From assembly GCA_000708835.1 (NCBI GenBank), contig DF237177.1, positions 62,001-125,485 of the forward strand: 63,485 bases of DNA. Direction: 5' to 3'. The position numbers and the translations under genes are program-made. Shown one piece after another: positions 1 through 12,254 of the stretch (its first letter is position 1; each line of letters begins with the position of its first letter). Source of the DNA: Klebsormidium nitens. Its lineage: Eukaryota > Plantae > Klebsormidiophyceae. The notes under the pieces are model-generated. The model saw nothing but the letters and a program-made list of their open reading frames with translations. It ran no database searches and was not told the origin of the DNA.

Positions 1-227
1 GTTCCTGGTTTGCAGCTCTTAACTCCTGCCACTCAACCGCAGTAGGTGTTTGCCTGTGCCTTTTTCTCAAGGAAAAGTGTACATATTTCAGGAAGAGTGG
101 CTGATGTCTGAGACAGTCAGCGTCTGTATTGATCTCATGCATGGCATCGGGCTTCTTTTTACCTTACGGCTTCTGAACTTCCGATTCTATTATAGCTTGA
201 AACTATTTCAATGACATCTCCTTGCAG

Positions 228-3200
228 GTTCATCTGCCAGACATTGAGCCCTTCTTGAGGTCTCTCAGACTGCAAACAATCTTTCTTCGGCGACCTAATC
301 CATGGGAGAAGGTAATATGTCTGAACATCTGCTTCACAGTTGCCTGAAAGAGTCTGGTGTGACGTTCAAATGTTTCTATTTGCCATTCGTAGGATAGTCA
401 CTTGATGAAATTTGTCGTGGGGCATAAATGGATACTCTATTCAGCTAATACCGCCTCACATTGTTCAAGGAAGCAGTGACTTTGATATATTGGGAAAGCA
501 TACTGAGCCTGCTTCTAGTTGCAGGAGAAGGTGCGGGGCTTTGTGAAAGGGAACTGGAGCAGCAATTGGGCGCAGGTGCGACTTTTGTCTGTCTGAGAGG
601 CACCGTTCTGAAGCAAGTAACGGCATCAACATTGCTCGTTCACTAAGATCGTGAGCCGAATTGAGACTTCTGATCGAAACAACTCCTTAGAACAACTCTT
701 AGAGTTTCCTGCTCATGTGTAACGAGGTCTGAAGGTTGCTGGATACAGTCTGATGCGCCGGTTGTTAAGTCGACAAGTATAGGCGTCTTGCTTTTCAGTC
801 ACTGATTTGGGGACAGCTTCTATAACATTGTGTGGTGCCTGACTGGAAAGTTTGTCCCTACAGGAAGTGGACGTTGCTTTCTCGAAGCAGCCCATCTCAT
901 GCTTCATTGCAACCAAAGAGGTAACCCTCCACCAACTTGAAGTCTGTTTATGCTGAAATGAGCGTCTTCCTCAGTTGCTGGCTGTGTGTGCGTCGAGCAA
1001 TACATCTCTTTTCCACAAGCCCAAAGATATTGTTTAGGACAGCGTTTACATACTTGACCAATCAACACGGCCCTAAATTACCAGCACAATAGCTTCTTTT
1101 GATCTGAGTAGTTTCTGCTTAAAGACACAGTTCTGATCAAATCCCAAATTGAGAGTTAATTGACACCTGATGATCGAAGTTGAAAAGCGGTTGAACAAAC
1201 GGATTCCGTGAAAGAGGCAAAGGATCAAGGAGAAGACTCGAAAAGCACGTTAGATTGACAGGTTCCACTTCACTTCATACGTTTGGAAGGAACGCTTGAA
1301 CACGCGCTCACTAACTGCGCTGGTGAGCTGATGAAGTTTGCACGACTCATCACCGCATCGTGGAAGCCCACGTTCACCCTTCTCAGAGTCTTCCTTCACG
1401 TTCGCTAGCTGATCAGGCCCGTTCTGGTTTTCTTTCCAGGACGACATTGTTGGCTTCTCTGCGTGTAAGTAGGCCTTCCCTGGTCGAGCAGCCTAATATG
1501 CGTTCAATGGACATCCAGTAACTCTCCGGCTGAGCTTGTGCTCAATACTCGTGCTTGGACCTTCCATTTCAATGTTCGATGCTGTTTTGCCTGCCGATGT
1601 GAGTCGTGCACGTGCCCTTCGAGATCCCCACAATTCTAGTTGGAGGGACTTTGGGAAAAGCTCGGCGCTGGCACACCTTCGTCGCACTCTGGCTTCGTCC
1701 AATGAAGGCCACAGTGAGTTCCCAAAATTTTTGATGGGTTGTCCGGTTGCTTGACTTCGATGATTCGTACACAAGGCTTGCTCAGTGCGCGAAGTCTTGC
1801 TCATTCAACGAAGAGTACCCCTCCGGACGTAATGAAAAGAGCATGGCAACTTTCTAATGGAGCAAAATATAACCGCAGATGAGTGCACACGGAGAGGCTT
1901 CTTCGGCCCAATGGGCGTCTTACCAGAGCACCGGAAGAAGGTGAGGTGATAAAATCTACATGCGTCGACCACATCAGATGCAACTTTTGAACTCGACGTG
2001 TTGAGTGACCCTCGATTCAGCCCGTCCTTGACTGGTCTGTCTGGATGCCATACCGGGTAAACGCGTGAAGTCTGTCCATCCAAGTCTTAATCTAGGAAGC
2101 AAAGTCAGGGGCTTGTTTCCTGCCATAAGGTATCCTACCAGAAGGAGGTTTGTAAAATAATTTCAAGTCTCTGAAAGTCCGCCATAGGGACATTTGAGAA
2201 GCGGGTTACAGAGGAGGGGTGGGGTTGAGGTGCGAGACTGCCGAAGAGGCTGAACTAGATAGGCGAAACTGCAGGGGATTGGCACGGCGCTCCTGCTGGC
2301 CGGCCTGATGGGCCTCCAAGACCTGGGGTGAGCCCCACCCGGCTGACGTCATCTGGTCCTGCGTTTCGCTCGTCCCGAGCGCCACGTCTGCGTGCATACG
2401 AGCTGCGTGTCGATTCATGACCACTGGCCCTACGAGTGAGTATTAAGAGGTGCGGACACGGGGATAACGAACGATTGATGTATGCCTTTCTCCTTAGCTC
2501 AGAATCAGCGAGCTGAAACGGATTGGAAGGACGAGACTACGTCGAGCCTTGAAAGCAAACGCTAAACACCGCGCCTGACGCCGCTATTGTCCTTGGAAGC
2601 CACTACCATGGGAACGCCTAGTCGACGTTGGCGCTTCTCCCAAACGCTTACCGAATCGCGTGTTCCGGCAGCAGCCGAATTGGCTTCCAGATTTTGCGCG
2701 GGAATGTGAGACCGGAAAGCCGACTAAACCATCGGATAAAGTTCTCCCCTAATACTGCCATGCCCCCTTTCGATCGCTCCGTCTCGCGTGGTTTCGCCGA
2801 CATTTATACGTGTGCCAGGCAGCGTGGCGATTGGTAGACTAGGCTACATGTTTCATTTCGCTTGCGCCGTGCCAGGTACGTCTATGGCATCATCGGCGCT
2901 GCAGGACCGGTCGACTTCTACCACCGGACGTGCGGTGCTGTGCCGATTACTCTGAACAACGGTAAGCATACTGACTGCACACTTGACGGGGAAGAATGAG
3001 ATGGTGTAGTGTTGTGATTGAGCTTTCGTTACTTTGCTGTCGTCAGATGCCGCTCAATTGGTCTGGACCCGGAAGCTTTGCACAGCTGTGCTTCACAGGC
3101 TGCTGCCAAGAAGTCAAAAGAGTGATTGGATATTCTGATTAGATGCAGTACTGGCAAATAGGGTCTCGCCACGGGAGGCTCGTCGACAGGCCACTTCTAT

Positions 3201-3439
3201 TTTTGTCATTGCATCTGCTCCTAATCCACCTTTCAGAATCTTCGCCACCTAAAGTGATTCAAACACGAATTATGATGAATTTGTTTTTGAAGAGGAGATA
3301 AGTGCCTCGCTGCCCTCTGCTCGTTTTGTTGTCTTCAAACTGACCAAATTTGCCTTGCGCTGCAGGACGAGGGATATACGGGCTGAAGGAGGAGCCTCGC
3401 TTCATGCGGCAGTCCAAGAAGGATACACGTACAGAGTGA
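228..3439 (+). CDS. GNAT-family N-acetyltransferase, 5' end incomplete; exons 228-311, 525-575, 864-920, 1440-1464, 1879-1940, 2275-2327, 2876-2961, 3366-3439
   Basis: Eight GT-AG-bounded exons join in phase (492 nt, 163 aa + stop): VHLPDIEPFLRSLRLQTIFLRRPNPWEK-EKVRGFVKGNWSSNWAQ-EVDVAFSKQPISCFIATKE-DDIVGFSAY-ECTRRGFFGPMGVLPEHRKK-GIGTALLLAGLMGLQDLG-YVYGIIGAAGPVDFYHRTCGAVPITLNN-GRGIYGLKEEPRFMRQSKKDTRTE*. Acetyl-CoA motif A (V.PEHRKKGIGTALL) and the FY motif are present. None of these exons is in the ORF track. The start exon was not identified. Confidence 0.85.
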
Positions 3440-4638
3440 CTGTTCACGACGAGCACAGACTTGACACGACAGACTCTTAGCATGTACATTCCCCTCTTGC
3501 ATGGAGCAATCTGGAAGGCGTTGCTGGTGCTCATGTACTAGTAAGGTGTCAAACTCCTTAAAAGGAGTATGTCAAACCTGGGCGAACAAACACAAGACGC
3601 CATTTGGCATTGCGTGGGTTATCGTGTTTGACTTAACCAGCAACCCTTGATGTTGTGCCAATAGCCTCTGCTCGAGCCGGGCTAGAACACGTGGGCAACA
3701 TGAGGACATTGAGGAGCTAGGTTACTTCTCATAGCGAAAGTACTTTGCCGCCTCCTTATTTCAGATTGTCGTTCCAACACGGAAACACTTACATGCAGAT
3801 CATGCAACCTTCTCGCCGATCAGCACCGTCTGATATTAATGGATGATTGCGAGATATTATGCATCATGGTCATACATTAAGTATTAGCCATTTGCGACCA
3901 TAGGTATACGTGTCTTGAGCATTGAACGGTACATCTTAGATTGACCACGCATGGGTCCCGGCGCTGCATGCGGGCGGCAATGATAATGCCACTCATGCGA
4001 ACCCGACTGCAGCTTCTGAAAGTTCATATGGACCAATATGAGCATATAAATTGCACCAATAATGAGCGGCGTGTGTATATACAGAGTTGTTTATCCGGCG
4101 GCCACGAGATTGAAGGCCGCTCCAGTGATTCGCGGCATGGCTGTTTGTGTCGGCTATTCCCAGAAAGGTCAGGCAGATTCATGGCCCGGGACGAATTTGA
4201 TTTCATTTCGGTACAGTAATTGGATTTATTTCAGCTAGTGAATGAGCGAGAATTGCATCAACTTCGCGTTGCAGCCGAGGCATATACAGCATGCCATGCC
4301 CCACCGGCTCTTTACATTGTTCCAATCGAAACCTAAGCAGCCCCTAACCTAACTAACAGTGCATGCCTATGTAACAGCTTTTTAGCATGTACAAAAAACG
4401 CGCAAGCCTCGTCCTTTCAATTACCTGCCAGCGAACTGTTTTATAATATTCTCAGTATCCAACTTTCGGCTGAATAACCTTCTGTGCATGGTGAATGCAG
4501 GTGGCTGTTTTTGCGGTCCGTCCTGACAACCCGCAAATCTGTAACAGCGATCCGGTAATCCGATTATTGCAAGATTGAACGAGCACGGATCTAGTTTCTT
4601 ATGCGCAAGCTTCGACTGCAGACCAAGGGGTTGCGGGG

Positions 4639-7600
4639 TTATTGAGAGATTTTCTCCCAGACGCAGTAGTCGCAGCCGAAGCAGGCCACCTTCCAGTCGC
4701 ACTCAGGAGGAGCCAGATGACCCATGTCGTGCCTGCAGGTTAAAACATTCAATGCGTCAATGACGTGCCACGTAAGCGGTCGCAACAAATAGTGCAAGCA
4801 ACGTCTACACGCCACCAACTTGCCACGGTTTGCTGAGTGGTGAAAGCACTGGCGAGAGCACCTCTGCCGCCTCCTCAAACCCGAAGCGCGAAACTCCATT
4901 GTCTCTGAAGAATTCATGGGACCTGACTCACAAGAGCACGCATGAGACATTCGAAACCAAAGAAACCCAGTACTTTGCCAGAAGCGTGCTAAGGGATCTT
5001 ACCTGGGTCCGATTTTCACAATAATCTTGTTGTCAATCTCCGCAACGTACAAGTCCCCGTCGGCGCACTTGATGTCGATCTTGCTGTTCGCCCGGATCCC
5101 GTTGTGTTTCCGGCACTTGATCAGGTTCGAAATCTCCTCCTTGAGGCCCCAGTCATAGAAGTGGTCGTAGAACTGCGAGGGTTAATCGCAGGTTAGCCGG
5201 AGTTCTTCGCCGAAATTTGATGGTTGAAAATTCGTTATGTACTGAGGAGTCCCGTCTGTCGGGGACAGAAGAACCTTGCACAAAACGTGCAGTCTTACAT
5301 GTTCTACGGTTCCGCTTCAGGGGCGCAAAGCTAGAAGAGGAGAGTTTGCCAGATTCACTCTTGCAAACCGTGCAGATTGCGCCCTACCTCGAAGTTCTAT
5401 GTTTACACCTCCTAATCTTCCAGCCTCATCAATCTGCAGTGTGCTGCCAAGCCCCCAACCCCATTCCCTGCTTACTTCGTACTGCCAACCGGCTGAGTCA
5501 GCATGTCTGCTTCCAGTGCGTCCAACCACTGTCAAAAGGCAAAAGCTTGCCCAACACACCTCGCCCAAGAAAGAACCAAAGCCCCACCTCGAGGATCGCT
5601 CTCTCAAGGCCACTCAGAACGAACAAATCCGGAGTCCACTCAGGTACGGAGAGACCAACCTCGCTCACGAGACCACTTCATCCGCCACAAGAAACATCAG
5701 ATACTAAAGTTCTTGTGCTGGATTAAGTCGTTTCGTGTGCCCAACCCGAAAGCTCGCTCCCTAGAGCGACAAGACAGGAACACATTCGCAGCCGACTCAC
5801 CACGGAGGGGATCCCCGGGTGCGTCAGAATGTACGCGTATCCCTGCATGACCTTGTCCGCCGGGAAGGGCCAGTGGTTCTGCGTGGAGCCCGTGTCGTGG
5901 TTGTCCAGGAACGTGACCGCCTTCTCGGGCATCCAGCCGATGAGGCCGGGCGGGAAGTTGTTCTCATCGCGCAGGCGCCACAGCTCGCCTTGCACGGCCT
6001 GCTGCAGGATGCCCTTGGTGGTGAAGTCGAAAGAGGAGCAGAGGCCCTCCGCGCTGTTGATCCAGTCGACCAGCTGCTGCCGGTGGAAGTCTGCAGGGAG
6101 GCGTGAAAGGGTATGTTTAGAGTGTGGATAACAGGGTTAAAGCGGACGAGTTATGGTTTAGGACGGGGCAATCTGCTGCCAATAAAACTCTCTTGGGAGA
6201 ACAAGATTCCAAATGGGGCCCGGACAGTGAGAAGGACGAGAACATGAGGCTGGTGATAGTATCTGCGGACGTACTAAAGTCGAGAGAAAGCAACGTTTGA
6301 TATGAGCGAGAATTGAAGGACACGAGAGAGGTCCTGTCTTTATAATGGGGTCCGGTTTGTAGAAATGTAAGCAGAGAGGACGATGGGAGAAGAAGGCCGA
6401 GCAGAAAGTCGGAAGAGCATCGACACGGCATGCTCGTTTGGTCTGCTGCCGGATGAGGTCTCCAGGCAAAAAGCTTATGGTCTCGAGTCCAAAAAACCAA
6501 AAGCACGGGACGAATGCAACTACGTGGCAAAGGGGTATAGATATGAAGTCGACATTCCTTCGACCGGACCAGAGTCTCTGCACGAAGATGGAAACACCAC
6601 CTTGTCGGGACTTAAGCAACACATTGCTTCAGCTCGTGACATGTTTGCCTCAAGCTTCGTGCCTTCATGAGCGAAACTTTGGCCCAGGGGGCCAAATGCA
6701 TTAGGCGACAGTCTTTCAACGGAAGGGTTTAAACCAGGTAAGTTGCCAAACCGTCTTTCTCAGTTCTGTAACGACTGTGATGGGCCAGGTCATGTTGCAA
6801 TAACATGCCTTGTTGTTGATCCGTCCCCTCGTAATATCTTGCTTCATTGGATTACTGTTCGTTTTGCCCCTGAGACTCATCAGTTTACCAGACGTTTTGC
6901 CCCTGAGTACATCTCATTTCATACTCTCAAGCCCACAACCTACCAAGCCTCTGCCTCACATGAAGTCCCACAATCCAAACCCAAACCCTAATCTCCCAAA
7001 CTCTCATAGTTTAAACCCAAGAAGCGACCATGGACACGCTTAGTAGTGAAGATAAGGGCATCACTTTCCAACTTCACTCGTCCACTCAATAAGAGAAAGC
7101 CAAAAGAGAAGCAGTCCCTCACCTTGGTTGTAAGCAGGCCCCTCGCCCTCATACCCTATGGAGGTCCAGTACTCCCCCACCGAAAACCCAGGCCCGGTCT
7201 CCTTGCAGTACAGCGCCACGGCCCATCCCGCAAAGCCCTTCGTGAAGTCAAACCGCCAGCCGTCATAGCCAACGTCCTCCTTGAGCCACTTCATCCAGCC
7301 AATGAGATCCTTCTGCACTCTCTCGTTGGTGTGGTCCAGGTCGGGCGCGGCGCCGTAGTCCTCGCCAGTGTCAGGCGCTCTGTTTGGAGAGGGAGTGGCG
7401 TCAGCGCATTCTAGGGTTTGACAAGAAATTATTTTCAAAGAACTGAGAGGTGACACTTCATGACTTACTTTAGCATTGCTGCAAGATATGTTTCAGGTCT
7501 TTCATTCCATGGAGGCAGTGAAGAGGGCAGGGCTTGATGCATACGACACTTCCGCTCCAGTAGCCACTTTCCTGGTCAATGTGTGACTGTTTGTGATTTA

Positions 7601-9388
7601 GATCTGCTTTCAGCGGTGGAAACCCTAAGTTCGGATACCCTGAAGATTACAATAGAAGCACCAAGAAATTGAAGTGCTGCTGACCTTGCATACAAGAGGT
7701 GAGAAAGACCTTACTCTGGCTTCAAGAAAGACACTCTCACAAAGATGATTCTTAGATACCCAGTTTCAAATCTGATCAAAAATGTCTCCCTGAAGTGAAG
7801 TTATCATTTTTCAGGAAGCCCTGGCAGGCTTGAGGAGGACTGCACCACCCCAGCGCCTTACCCTGTGCCGTCTCCAAACTCGTCATCCTTCGCAATGGAC
7901 CAGGGTCCCCAGTCCAAGCGTTCATCAGGTGTGCCTCCCTCAAAGATACACCACACGCCGCGCTCGTCCTGCAAAAGGATTGGACAGCTTAAGGTACTGC
8001 ACCGTCGTTAGGGTTTGCTATGAAGAAAAGCTGATCAGTGCCTGGAGGGAAAGCAGATGTCCATTGTTCCAGTTGCAGATGATTGTGAGGGTTAATTGCA
8101 TCAACAGTAGATCTGCAGAGGAATGTTTACAGCAAGATTTGAAAGGAACAACAATCTCAAACCATTGAATGACCACGAAACCCTAAAGTTCAGGGTACGA
8201 GACAGCATCACCAAACACCTCTGTAACTGCTTCGGCGCTGTATCATGAGAAGACAAAGCTGAGGACCGAGAGATTAGCATGAGGCAAGACGCTTACCTGC
8301 TGATCAGCACACCGATGGTTGATGACAATGTCGGCGACTGCGCGCACGCCGTTGGCATGGAACTCGTCAATGAGCTCCTTCAACTGCTCCTCATTTCCAT
8401 ACTTGGAGGCATCCAGGTTGTAGAGCTGGCCGGGAAGATAGCCTGCGAGGAAAAGCCGCTTGTGAGACAAGGCTGGTCTACCAAAGATCTGAGAATACCA
8501 CTGGTCACTGTGGATTCCTCGAGAAAAGTCAATCAGACGGATGTTCCAGAGCCAGTCTTGTCCCTGATCAGAAATGAGATGCAAGTGATTTAAGAAGCTC
8601 ATCGAATGCAATGTAGTGTCCAGGCAAGTTGGATTCAAACAACTGCTTGCTGTCCATGAAAATTCGAGGCATCGCGTAGCAGAGGGATCACTTGGACCAC
8701 AGACTCCGTAGCTTCTAAAACACTCAAGTGAATCAACATAACCATCCACTGGCCAATCCTGTCTTTTGTGATGCAGTCCAATGCAGGGACTAAGAGTTGT
8801 CTGTAGAGTTCTGATTTTTCCTTCCAGATCTCACAGAAACAGAAAGGTCTATGATACCAACTTGCAAATTACCAACAAGCAGCACTCACCCTGAGGAGCC
8901 ACTGACTGGCTCGGCGGTGGCAGCCACACGTCGGTGATCCCTGCCTCCGCCAGGTCCTTTGCGCACTTCTTCAGGATGTTGTACCAGCACTCGTTCTTGT
9001 TGGACTCCCAGTTGAACCCCTGAAACATGACCACGTCGTTCCAGTCGCAGGGGATGTTGCCACCCCTGGAGCCCTTGGTGGCAGGCGCCTTCTTCACCTT
9101 TTCTTTCGCCTTCACCTTTTCTGGCATTTTGGCCGCTTCTTTGGAGGCGTCCTCTGGCTTCGATTCGGCTTCGACAACAGCGGTGGCCCTAACTGTAAGA
9201 TCTCTGGCGTGGGACATTGCCTTTGGCGTCTGCTTCAGGAGGGAAGAGCCTCCTAGACTGCCGGCACTCAGCCGGAGCATGCTAGGGAGGCTGCATTCAG
9301 ACGTGCGCAGCTGCTTTGAGATGGATGAAGTCTCAAATGCCGCACGGGACAGTACAGACGCCTGCACCAGAGTCGAAGCGGTTGCCAT
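4639..9388 (-). CDS. AMY: Alpha-amylase (GH13, plant AMY type) with transit-peptide-like N-terminus; exons 9388-8890, 8442-8297, 7968-7862, 7379-7123, 6090-5801, 5172-5003, 4732-4639 (520 aa)
   Basis: Exons join in phase (1563 nt). Motifs [41 protein letters not shown] (nucleophile Asp), GEYW (acid/base Glu), FLDNHDTG (Asp), YILTHPGIP and the C-terminal beta domain FYDHFYDWG...[15 protein letters not shown]. Confidence 0.95.
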
Positions 9389-10206
9389 CGTGTCTCACTC
9401 AACAAAAGCACAAAAGCTGTCAGCAAGCACGCTTGATTTGACAACACGAACACGCGAGGATCAGGGCCACCACTTCCTAGCAAACAAGCTCAAAGAAACT
9501 TTATTCTGAAATGGCTAAAAGGATCAGTGGCAGCAAGGCTTATGTTCGTGAAGAATGATCGTCTCGTGCCTCCTGATCATACGAAAGAGACCTTCTGAGA
9601 AGTCCTTTCTCTTTCCCTCTCCTTCCTTCCCTGCTTGCACCTCACCCCCGAAGACATGAACGAAGATGCACAGCTTGACAATCATCATCGGGAACACGAG
9701 GGGCTGCACAAACTGCCACGTGCTTTACAGTAGTGCACAGGGTTTGCGATGCACTGCTCTCAACCGTCGATGGGCCCTTGATTGGTCAACATCTGCCAGA
9801 TGGCCTGTTCTGCGCCTACCAGGTGGCAACCACTTTTCTTGAAAGTGACAGGTGGCCCACAATCAGGCATGCATCACTAAATGTTGGATACGGAAGATAC
9901 GGATTCCGCAGCAATGATTGCGCTTCGGTCCGTCCGGATCGGGATTCGTGCGGAGGGCCTGCCTCAAGATGCCTCAAATCTCGGCGGCGCATGCACATTG
10001 CAGTCCCAGCTTTCTTCTCGACACAAAGTCCTACTCCTAGTATCATCTCGCATGCGAGTCGCTAACACAGTTTTGGAATAGGTATACCGAAATGGCCTTG
10101 AGTATCCTTCGCAGAGTTCTGGCGCACTCCACGGGCCTGAATCCGTAGCGATTTATCTGCTTCGCCAGCTCAGACTGAGCACTTCTAGAACGTCCGTGTT
10201 CTTGAT

Positions 10207-10259
10207 TCCTGGCGGCAATCATCTGGATTATCCTGGCGGCAATCATCCTGGCGGCAATC
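10207..10259. repeat. Short tandem repeat, 3 x TCCTGGCGGCAATC(AT)
   Basis: Copies start at about 10207, 10231 and 10246. Confidence 0.8.
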
Positions 10260-12254
10260 GTGACTACGAACTAACCTGATCAGCCTCCAAGTTGAACATC
10301 CTTACCACCTTCTCGTCACATTTGTCATATGCATTACACTGAACCCACACTGAATTTCAACTGAATTGGCTACTGCTAAGTTCCATTAATGATCAGTTGC
10401 AACTTTGTCAACTCTGGCGTGAAGTCTTCAAACATGCAAAGTGCACAAAGACGGATCACACGACAATCTTCGTTGGATTTGGAAATGTGAGCGCAAATCT
10501 TCGTATCAATTAGCAGTACCTCGAAGGACAGCTCGGAGGGCGCGTTAGCCGAGTCAGCCTGCATCAGAAAAGGCCGAATGTGCCCTCCAAAGAAAACAAT
10601 ACAGTCGCTAAGTTCATAAATCTGCTCACCACTGCAGGGCCACTGCATCACATTTCAGTCGTTGCAATCTGCATGGAAAGAGCTTCTTGCTTAACATGTA
10701 TTGAATTACCTTCGTTACTTTTCTTTTGAGTCGGCTAACTGTCAAGACAATCGGGACTTCCCGTCACAAGCCTTCCCTGCTGAGGCCTGTTGGCGAGCGT
10801 TCGTTGCTTCTATCGCTTGTCAAAAGAGAGTGTTGAGAAAGGGTTCCTCGATTTCTCAACTAAGTCTTAGGTTCTTGACATTGGATAGGCCCAGTTCGAA
10901 ACTTCAATCTCTAAAGCATTTAGATCCGATCAGCAAAGGGAAGAGCTTTGCCGCCTGGCTTAGGACGGGGGTGCATTTGCCTTCATTCTGAATACTCTGG
11001 ATTGTCGAAAAAGGTCGAGTCAATGGAAGAGCTTATCCTTGGAGATCGACCTTTTCCAGTAAGTCCCTGTGACTGATTCGCTACGGCTGCCATGAGTCAG
11101 GCATCGGTTCCGACGACCAATTGATATGAATCGAATCCAACTCGACGGTCATCTTCCTGTTTGCTCCAATCTGTTCCTTTGACTGAAGAATGTATACTAT
11201 CTTATCAGCATAGTGACTCCACTCTTATATTGCTAGTGCCCAACGTCAGGTATAAGTTCCATCGAAGCAAGCTCTTGTAACACAGCGTTAGCCGCATAGC
11301 TCATAAAGCTCGACGCTCTATCGTCGATCAAGGCGTCTAGTAAAATCTCGCTTCATCTTCAACCCTGTGGGCGACTGCAGCTACTTGGGAATTACAGTAT
11401 CTCTTCCGAAGGATCTTACAAAAATCACAAAAGCAGTAAGCATATGTAGAATGATACACGGTCAGAATTTCGTATGATGTGCATGGCAATACAGGTGGCA
11501 CAGCAGCAATTCTCGCCGGCAAGGAAGTCTGCAACGTGGATCAGTCAGATCGGAATATCCGCCAAACTGTACTTTTAAGCTTTATAAGCTCTATAACTGC
11601 AGTGAAGCTGCTTCTCGTACGAGGTAATATCTGATCATCAGAGCTGGCGAAGTCCTTGCGAACGAGTAAACGGCTTTTGAAGGATTCCAAGCAATCTCGG
11701 GATCAACGAACAAACGGAAACATGGAAACACCGTGACTGGTCACTGACAGTCACAGCACTATATCTGCGTGGTGAATACTAAGCGCTTGAGGTTGACCCT
11801 ACTTATCAATAGACTTCATAAAATAATCCCTGCCTTGCCGGATGATGCATCAACACTGTCTCAAACAAAAGTTTCTGCATCGGAGGGGAGTGACTCCAAC
11901 CACAAGGCAGGCAGACTGGTTTCGTTCCGTCTTCCTGCGCATACCAGGCCTTGATCCTCCTTGCAGGAGCGCCTAGGGAGCGCTTCAGGTGAAAGCATTC
12001 GCAATACAACTCGTTTGCCCTTGAAACGGCACGGACAAGCTCCTTAGCGGAGGGCGGGTCCCGTTGGATTTCCTGAGGTTCCCCCTCTCCGTGCTGTGGC
12101 TACCCTTTGGTTCTTCACGGGGGCTATTCCTCCTTGTAAGCCTTTTCACAAGCTGCTGTTCGGCAATCTGCTGAACTAATCTTGCTTCCGAACACGGGGT
12201 ACTTCCCCAGGACTGCCCCAACCTTTGCAAACAACGGGAGATTCTCAAGGGACA

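Noticed and set aside
3047-3140. Alternative last exon of the GNAT gene
   Set aside because: The in-phase translation (DAAQLVWTRK...) has no family resemblance, whereas the 3366 acceptor gives the expected GIY motif.
9733-12200. Short ORFs between AMY and the 8-Cys gene (also 15900-17000, 48600-50700 and 53900-55600)
   Set aside because: No recognisable motifs and no phase-consistent exon chain. Genes may exist here (for example the open + frame at about 49760-50286, or upstream exons of the AEP gene) but I cannot support them.
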